This document shows, one piece after another, positions 61,601-64,000 of a DNA stretch of 64,000 bases. Source of the stretch: Stylophora pistillata (lineage: Eukaryota); the NCBI RefSeq assembly GCF_002571385.2, contig NW_019217947.1:34254-98253 (forward strand), written 5' to 3'. The notes below the pieces were generated by a model that was not told the origin of the DNA, ran no database searches, and saw nothing but the letters and a program-made list of their open reading frames with translations. Both the position numbers and the translations under genes were made by a program. Position 1 is the stretch's first letter, and every line of letters begins with the position of its first letter.

Positions 61601-63386
61601 TAGTGAGGGCTTAGCCATATATAATTTGGGTTAACACGCTTGAAAGGTTCAAGAGTGTGAACGTCACCTTTCCATTCCAAATATAGAAACAGTCTTTTGG
61701 ATGCATGCCTAACTTTTCGTTTTGTCTGAACAGTGAGAGCTTTTGAGAAACGTGGTATATGGAACAATTATAAAAAAGCAGCTCTTTGTTTCATGTGTGA
61801 TAACACATAGTTATGGAATGTTATTGTACATATCTTGTTCAATGGGAAGTCTGTCAATAAAGTTTGCAGTGGAAGAAAAGTGCAACAATTTTTTCAAACG
61901 CGCAACCTAATTTTACTGTCAACAAATAGGGTGCCTTTCAGATAAATTGTGTTACTTCAAAAGAAATCATTGAAAACTATATATTGCTTTAATCCTTATA
62001 ACGAATATACTCTTGAAATAACAAATGTTAATAACAACTGTTTCTCAACAGGAGTCCTCGTGGATTCTGCTGAAATATGATACACTGAGAGGAAATTTAT
62101 TTGAACGCATTCCCAAGCCGTTGAGACAAATGTAGTTCTTTTGAACAGAGAAATAGCTACTTTGATAGAAGATTTCAACAAAAAAAGGCTAACCCCTGTT
62201 TTATATTCGAAGTACGCAGTTACATATGCAACAATGTATCAGGAAGGTTGGCTTTAACAATTACCCATGAACAATGGAAAAACAGCAAACTACATGTAGC
62301 TTCTACGTGTTGATGATACAGAGATGTATATTCTTACATGCTTATCTGCAAAATTATACACATTCTCATAGTAGCCTCAAACCAATTTCGGTCTCATCAT
62401 TAGTAATTCCCGAACAGCGTTTTAGTTTGAATTTCATTGGCCTACCGGTCAGTTAAGTGATCCTTCATGATTTGCTTTGGTTCCCTGTTTACCATGAGAT
62501 TCAGATTTGAGTAATCTTTATATTGTCATGCAGAGGGGCCTTCTCTGTCCTTAATTTGACTGTTGACTAATACCTAAAAAATTTACCAGAACACTCTATG
62601 AGTTTCCTGCAGGTTTAATTCTTTTCTCTTCTGTTCTAAATATGGTTAAAAGAGTTCTTCACCCCTGGAAAGAAATCGGAAAACTGGAAATTCTTGTTGG
62701 AAGGTGTTGGTTTTTCCTTGGTACATTATCTGCATTGGCAGAAATTCATTTTGAAGGGAAATGAAGTAATCTTTCACTTATCGATGAAACCTTTTATCGG
62801 CTCTGACCCAGATGACAATGGAGTTTAGATTAGCATTCGATGCAATTTCCAGTGGAATCTCAGGTTTCCTGAGAGCATTCCCAATATCAGACGGAAATGT
62901 AAGTCTGCATTGCTTGTACATTTCCCAGGTATTGTGGGACATGTTGTAGTTCCAGCGCAAAGAGAGAAATTGCAGCTGCTAGAGATGAACGAGTTGTTGC
63001 GTGAAATGCTCTGAATTCTCTTATTCTCCTTGCGTTGCTATTTGTTAATAGCAGTTAAGTACAGTTGAGTTCTTTTTCAATATTAGCAGTAGAGCAACAA
63101 TTTTATGGCCAGGGGTTCAAGGCTGATTAATAATAACTTTGAGTATACCATATGATACTGTAACACGAGTCCCATAACAAACCAGCACTTCTTTTCATAG
63201 CGCAAATTAGTTTGAAACATTTGCGTGTAAAAATTGGATAGCGAAAAGGAATCCATAAGGTTGCCCTACGTGTTGATGTGAGGTTTTCACTTCTACCAAG
63301 ATATTAATTTACGTTTTATTTTTCATGGTTTCTCTTAAAGTAGCGCATGTAGGACAATTTTTCCAGGTGGCACCCTACTTTTTTGA
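7583..63386 (+). CDS. divergent kexin/furin-family proprotein convertase (S8B + P domain), multi-exon, 5' exon not found, possibly a recent pseudogene
   Basis: Exons 7583-7681, 24973-25077, 31131-31259, 39444-39517, 45732-45820, 46507-46682, 49772-49993, 50997-51097, [LTWRD exon not found], 58009-58126, 58772-59097 and a doubtful 63367-63386. The clear exons have AG/GT borders with compatible phases (except across the missing exon) and furin-like intron positions. Confidence 0.9.
7983..8133. mobile_element. piggyBac-type MITE remnant
   Basis: ctaaccctttacac...taaggggtttag, degenerate TTAA-CCCTT termini. Confidence 0.55.
9473..9844 (+). repeat. BEL 5' LTR
   Basis: tgtagg...gctaca; about 92% identical to the 3' LTR by manual count. 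Confidence 0.92.
9886..13582 (+). pseudogene. BEL gag-protease-RT-RNase H (start) polyprotein, with frameshifts and stops
   Basis: ORF fragments 9748-10587, 10896-11147, 11232-11672, 12101-12592, 12636-12953, 13130-13489 and 13404 onward. Confidence 0.9.
13583..13927 (-). mobile_element. 3' end of a CR1/L2-group LINE with (TATG)n tail, cut by an N gap
   Basis: Minus strand ...[26 protein letters not shown]..., 3' UTR, AATAAA, then (tatg)n. Confidence 0.8.
13944..17620 (-). mobile_element. Ty3/Gypsy (Mag-like) retrotransposon internal region, degraded, no LTRs visible
   Basis: gag ([16 protein letters not shown]), protease ([10 protein letters not shown]), RT ([26 protein letters not shown]), RNase H ([21 protein letters not shown]), integrase ([16 protein letters not shown]). 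Confidence 0.93.
17615..18362 (+). pseudogene. BEL integrase C-terminal part
   Basis: [29 protein letters not shown]...WPLARIVET, then an insertion, then [18 protein letters not shown]. Confidence 0.88.
18011..18224. repeat. short foldback insertion in the BEL integrase (Penelope-associated repeat type)
   Basis: taatttgaatatatcaacaaagttgaa..tggtaaattggcc pairs with ggccaattaaccaattcaactttggtgatatattcaaatta; a related fragment lies near 45960-46012. Confidence 0.55.
18448..18817 (+). repeat. BEL 3' LTR
   Basis: tgtagg...gctaca followed by TSD tcact. Confidence 0.92.
19440..22763 (+). mobile_element. CR1-group LINE ORF2 (APE endonuclease, RT largely deleted, C-terminus, tail), degraded
   Basis: NPGP leader, [68 protein letters not shown]; AATAAA and (gtttgtttat)n tail. 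Confidence 0.85.
24973..25077 (+). CDS. convertase exon: prodomain end and mature N-terminus
   Basis: [35 protein letters not shown]; ttag| and |gtaggt. Confidence 0.9.
27345..28790 (+). mobile_element. 5'-truncated L2/CR1-group LINE
   Basis: [45 protein letters not shown]; 3' UTR with AATAAA; internal tandem duplication at about 27631-27757. Confidence 0.82.
27950..28310 (-). mobile_element. tRNA-headed SINE with Deu/Nin-like central domain
   Basis: Head GGTTAGCTCAATGG...GGTTCGAGCCCC; body aacactcaaggtcttaaaataattgag...gtcttctcggatagggacgaataaa. Confidence 0.8.
29890..30700 (-). mobile_element. Penelope-like element remnant (RT motif and GIY-YIG C-terminus)
   Basis: Minus strand [14 protein letters not shown] (about 30640-30685, cf. 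AMGSPxSPxxANLY) and [30 protein letters not shown] (about 30150-30245). Confidence 0.7.
31131..31259 (+). CDS. convertase exon with catalytic Asp
   Basis: [43 protein letters not shown]; tttag| and |gtgagt. Confidence 0.92.
31641..32055. mobile_element. Tc1/pogo-type MITE remnant
   Basis: ccgtcaaacctattttaagtggtcacc ... ctaatacaggtttgacc inverted termini with ggtgaccacttaa subrepeats. Confidence 0.6.
32245..32635 (-). pseudogene. HIRAN-like domain ORF, disrupted
   Basis: MAPSK...[12 protein letters not shown] / [48 protein letters not shown]...[12 protein letters not shown]; the GYH, REPxNxxDxYAV and VG motifs are HIRAN-like. Confidence 0.65.
32880..33972 (+). mobile_element. pogo/Tigger transposase remnant with right TIR
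   Basis: [22 protein letters not shown] (CENP-B HTH end), [23 protein letters not shown] (DDE_1 C-terminus), ttcgagttaccggggttgaactg|ta. Confidence 0.75.
33664..37563. repeat. 1949-bp inverted duplication centred on NN (probable haplotype or assembly artefact)
   Basis: 33664-35612 is the reverse complement of 35615-37563 apart from about a dozen substitutions; N at the centre and right edge; 37592 onward repeats 35443-35612 directly. Confidence 0.9.
37665..38013 (-). mobile_element. tRNA-headed Deu/Nin-like SINE, second subfamily with a different 3' tail
   Basis: Head and body nearly identical to 28028-28300; the 3' tail is unrelated. Confidence 0.8.
39444..39517 (+). CDS. convertase exon (Ca-binding loop)
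   Basis: [24 protein letters not shown](S); the phase-2 donor fits the next exon. Confidence 0.85.
39986..41067. mobile_element. non-autonomous foldback DNA element (same family as 4565-7034)
   Basis: cgtaattactaaaacaaggaatgacctaaaaccac ... ggttttaggtcattccttgttttagtaataatg; inverted arms of about 400 bp; no clean TSD. Confidence 0.85.
41375..43272 (+). mobile_element. L2-clade LINE, 5'-truncated RT and 3' tail
   Basis: [78 protein letters not shown]; AATAAA and (att) tail. Confidence 0.92.
43273..43380 (-). pseudogene. THAP-domain N-terminus of a DNA transposon, truncated at the L2 tail
   Basis: [36 protein letters not shown]. Confidence 0.7.
43625..44059. mobile_element. Harbinger-type MITE
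   Basis: agagagattaagcacc ... ggtgcttaatctaacgt termini; gaacggc/gccgttt subrepeats. Confidence 0.55.
44130..44900 (-). pseudogene. Ginger/GIN-like (rve) integrase-transposase remnant
   Basis: One frame reads [16 protein letters not shown]...[27 protein letters not shown]...RKPYHP*SQGKVE, with D,D,E and in-frame stops; no RT nearby. Confidence 0.75.
45732..45820 (+). CDS. convertase exon with catalytic His
   Basis: [29 protein letters not shown](G); ccag| and |gtgagt. Confidence 0.92.
46507..46682 (+). CDS. convertase exon (S4/S1 substrate-binding region)
   Basis: [58 protein letters not shown]. Confidence 0.92.
49772..49993 (+). CDS. convertase exon with oxyanion Asn
   Basis: [74 protein letters not shown]; |gtaagt. 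Confidence 0.93.
50170..50835. mobile_element. MITE family copy
   Basis: gaaacgaaacgaaa ... ttacagatttct...ttcgtttc; interior homologous to 59160-59720. Confidence 0.7.
50997..51097 (+). CDS. convertase exon with catalytic Ser
   Basis: [33 protein letters not shown](N) matches furin [34 protein letters not shown]. Confidence 0.92.
51613..52020 (+). mobile_element. Kolobok-like transposon 5' fragment
   Basis: TTAA|AGGGACAC terminus; ORF from ATG 51706 [40 protein letters not shown] is broken by a 22-nt tandem duplication; no right end found. Confidence 0.55.
52441..52613. repeat. ~36-bp minisatellite, about 5 copies
   Basis: gcaccaatcagattgccgcattagggtacgtatcac-like unit. Confidence 0.85.
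53383..53557 (+). repeat. left TIR
   Basis: tctcgactccctct...gttcaaaaagag; reverse complement of 57811-57985. Confidence 0.9.
53459..55345 (+). pseudogene. transposon second gene: degenerate SWIM-like region plus YqaJ (lambda exonuclease-like) domain
   Basis: [65 protein letters not shown]...IEIK; stops, frameshifts and a SINE insertion. Confidence 0.78.
54847..55137 (+). mobile_element. tRNA-derived SINE inserted in the YqaJ ORF
   Basis: ggaggcagtgtggccgagtggttagag...gagttcgagtccc head, gccaactggtttgcctcc body, T-rich end. Confidence 0.8.
55880..57908 (-). pseudogene. Harbinger-type transposase with N-terminal THAP domain
   Basis: CCVPGC..HFYRFP..RVCSAH; [15 protein letters not shown]; [10 protein letters not shown]; [14 protein letters not shown]; catalytic motifs degraded to GNKGF and HVKWAI. 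Confidence 0.88.
56509..56927. mobile_element. solo LTR inserted in the transposase
   Basis: TGT...ACA, 419 bp, perfect 5-bp TSD tgcca; removing it rejoins [15 protein letters not shown]. Confidence 0.85.
57811..57985 (-). repeat. right TIR
   Basis: ctctttctgaacc...agagggagtcgaga. Confidence 0.9.
58009..58126 (+). CDS. convertase exon (catalytic domain end and linker)
   Basis: [38 protein letters not shown](R); ttgcag| and |gtttgt. Confidence 0.9.
58772..59097 (+). CDS. convertase P-domain exon
   Basis: [10 protein letters not shown]...[39 protein letters not shown]...[24 protein letters not shown]. Confidence 0.93.
59160..59720. mobile_element. MITE family copy
   Basis: Homologous to 50170-50835 (aaaatcaaag.gcttg.gtt.gtt, caactcttctttcacatag, gtagtggagatttc). 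Confidence 0.7.
60128..60335 (+). repeat. 20-bp tandem array behind a TA-cggtggccca MITE-like end
   Basis: (cacggcgaaaagaaattgct)n, about 9 copies. Confidence 0.85.
60352..60500 (+). repeat. subterminal repeats of a DNA element end
   Basis: Repeated ggaatctttaaaa. Confidence 0.6.
60776..60915 (+). repeat. DNA element end with ~25-bp tandem repeats
   Basis: gggagatgacaaaacgcgg followed by (tacatggagctacatgtaccttacc)n. Confidence 0.6.
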
Positions 63387-63407
63387 CATGGATCACTTGC
63401 CAACTAA
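63367..63407 (+). pseudogene. putative damaged terminal P-domain exon
   Basis: ttttccag|gt ggc acc cta ctt ttt TGA cat gga tca reads (G)GTLLF*HGSLAN*, resembling the GTLxxWxLxLHGT last strand with four codons missing. Confidence 0.45.
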
Positions 63408-64000
63408 CAATGAAATACTGGAAAAGAAAAAATCGTAAAAACCACTAAAAGCCTCTAATTGGAAACTTTGATAATTGACTGCGTTAAAGAGGCTTTGGCT
63501 GAATGACAGCTAAAGGAAGCAGTGAATCAGAGGAACAGTACTGGCTGAAGACCGAAAGAGGTTCCCAAGAACAGATACGAAGCCTCAACTCAGAACATAT
63601 GGTTCTTTTTTTTTTATTTTCTCTAAATTGTCTGAGAAGGCGTAGTAACAGTCCCCATGAGATCCTACGCAGGAGATTGCACTATCTATCAGTTTACCGG
63701 TCTAATAATCCACAGGGTTTATAAAATAACCATGGGTTTATGGGTGTAATAAACAATAAGTTTTTGACCAATCAGGGTGCTCGTAGTATCTCAGTTATGT
63801 ATTAAGGATGCTGGATATAGCCTCTTTGGCGCGCGCAGACTGGGTTCAAATTGATCCGGGACTTTTAAAAGGTTGCAAAAAAAAAAACAACAACCAAACA
63901 AACAAACATGGCCGCCGCGCTTAGGCCAAAATTATTTTTTTATCTGCCTATGTTTTACGCCTATAGGTAGGCTGCCTACACTTTCTTCTAACTTTATTAG

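Noticed and set aside
60920-63000. Possible MULE transposase relic on the minus strand
   Set aside because: Only vague motif resemblance; no continuous alignable peptide

Overview
Eukaryotic, AT-rich, repeat-dense genomic DNA. The repeat families and gene content suggest a cnidarian, probably a stony coral (inference). One host gene runs across almost the whole window on the + strand: a multi-exon kexin/furin-family proprotein convertase (subtilase S8B plus P domain). I reconstructed it by hand from 10 clear exons (7583-59097) and one doubtful terminal exon (63367); the signal-peptide exon was not found. The catalytic Asp/His/Ser and oxyanion Asn are intact. However, most acidic residues that give furin-type enzymes their Arg/Lys specificity are replaced (D154V, D191S, E236K, D264G, D306N, Y308L, furin numbering), and the propeptide's RxKR activation site reads KYELY instead. 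This points to a convertase-family protease with non-basic specificity. I could not find the conserved LTWRD exon and the last exon looks damaged, so this copy may be a recent pseudogene. The introns hold nested transposable elements: a BEL/Pao element (both LTRs, TSD) containing a truncated Gypsy and a LINE end; an ISL2EU-like Harbinger-group element whose 175-bp TIRs encode the N-termini of both its convergent genes; a hammerhead retrozyme; MULE-like non-autonomous elements; CR1/L2/RTE/Penelope fragments; Deu/Nin-like SINEs; and pogo, Ginger-like and Kolobok-like remnants. A 1.95-kb inverted duplication bounded by N gaps is probably an assembly artefact. All alignments were done by eye; no database searches were run.
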